Part shown: in pieces, positions 63,311 to 64,000 of the stretch
Layout of the letters: every line of letters begins with the position of its first letter
Numbering within the stretch: the first letter of the stretch is position 1
Source: Amphiscolops sp. MND2022
Lineage: Eukaryota
Length of the DNA: 64,000 nt
Assembly: GCA_964187785.1 (NCBI GenBank)
Contig: OZ076409.1
Location: 28,398,001-28,462,000, forward strand
Direction: 5' to 3'
Position numbers and translations under genes: made by a program
The notes under the pieces: model-generated
Seen by the model: only the letters and a program-made list of their open reading frames with translations
Databases searched by the model: none
What the model was told of the DNA's origin: nothing

Positions 63311-64000
63311 GAGGCTTTCAGCCTCGAAACGGTCACTGGACGGAACAATGATGAGGTTGGGCGATTAGCCCTAGTTACGTCACCCACTTTTTGAACGAGA
63401 CTCAATCACGTAGGCCTCACCAGCAGCAATATCAAGGTATCGGGGGCATTCGACATCAACGTCATCCTCGAGGGACCGATTGACAGTCAGTTGTGTTAGC
63501 CTGCTTTTCTCCCATTACCGCCTCCGAGGACATTTTCACATTGAACAAGAAATATCTTGTATTGAAGAGTACCAGTCAGTCGCTTGTTGATTAACTGAGG
63601 CAAAAGTATTTAGAAATGTTACAGCCTACCTTGTTCGTGGTACATTTCCGCATGGAACAACGAGCCCTTCGCAAGGAGCATATCTTATTTAGGCTGTTTA
63701 AACTGGCTTGTCGTTGCCTTAAAGAGCTTTTCCAGGTGTTACCGCTGGTCTTTTTCGGTTCCGTGAAGACTGAGAATCCCACCAGCAGATTAATTGACTC
63801 GATACAGCCATATTTCAAGAATGTTCCTCACAGTATAGAAGCTATGACAACTGACCAATCTGTATCCCGCTCTCTGCAGCTCGAGCCTGTTTTTTGGCAA
63901 TCGCGGGTTTTCCGACCCTTACAGTCCCTGGTCCTTTCTGTGGCCTCCGACGGACGAGGTCCTCCTAAATCTTTGGGAGTACCTGTCACAGTCCGCGCCC

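Larger units (their letters stand above)
51599..64000 (-). mobile_element. Gypsy copy 3, 3' portion (3' LTR, ORF-X, antisense gene); gag-pol not in the window
   Basis: Same order and relative orientation of LTR, ORF-X and antisense gene as copy 1. Extent beyond ~61100 is uncertain. Confidence 0.75.

Noticed and set aside
1..64000. Most 60-120 aa ORFs in the supplied track as independent genes; species assignment
   Set aside because: They are frameshifted pieces or opposite-strand shadows of TE genes. The organism cannot be established from the sequence alone.

Overview
AT-rich eukaryotic (probably invertebrate animal) genomic DNA that is mostly nested, decayed transposons. One apparently intact host gene can be assembled on the minus strand: a carbohydrate sulfotransferase (Sulfotransfer_2, CHST8-14-like) with five in-phase exons between 36614 and 1566. 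Its introns are filled with TEs and its 5' end is unresolved. The window holds three divergent copies of an unusual Ty3/Gypsy family (4208-17263 +, 37291-~47305 +, 51599->64000 -) plus four related solo or partial LTRs. The architecture pieced together from these copies is: (1) gag starts 0.3-0.6 kb inside the LTR and reads through the PBS; (2) gag-pol with PR, a dUTPase-like segment, RT, RH and INT; (3) a large ANTISENSE gene with GT-AG introns at conserved positions, encoding a BED-finger protein that looks like a catalytically altered hAT transposase; (4) a divergently oriented ORF-X (acidic/SIM-like N-terminus, CxxC motif) that reads through the PPT into U3. Also present: hAT and MULE transposase remnants, several MITEs with clear TIRs and TSDs, a Helentron-type non-autonomous element, and two young tandem duplications (1.76 kb and 3.41 kb). 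All homology calls are by eye from translated motifs; no database searches were run.
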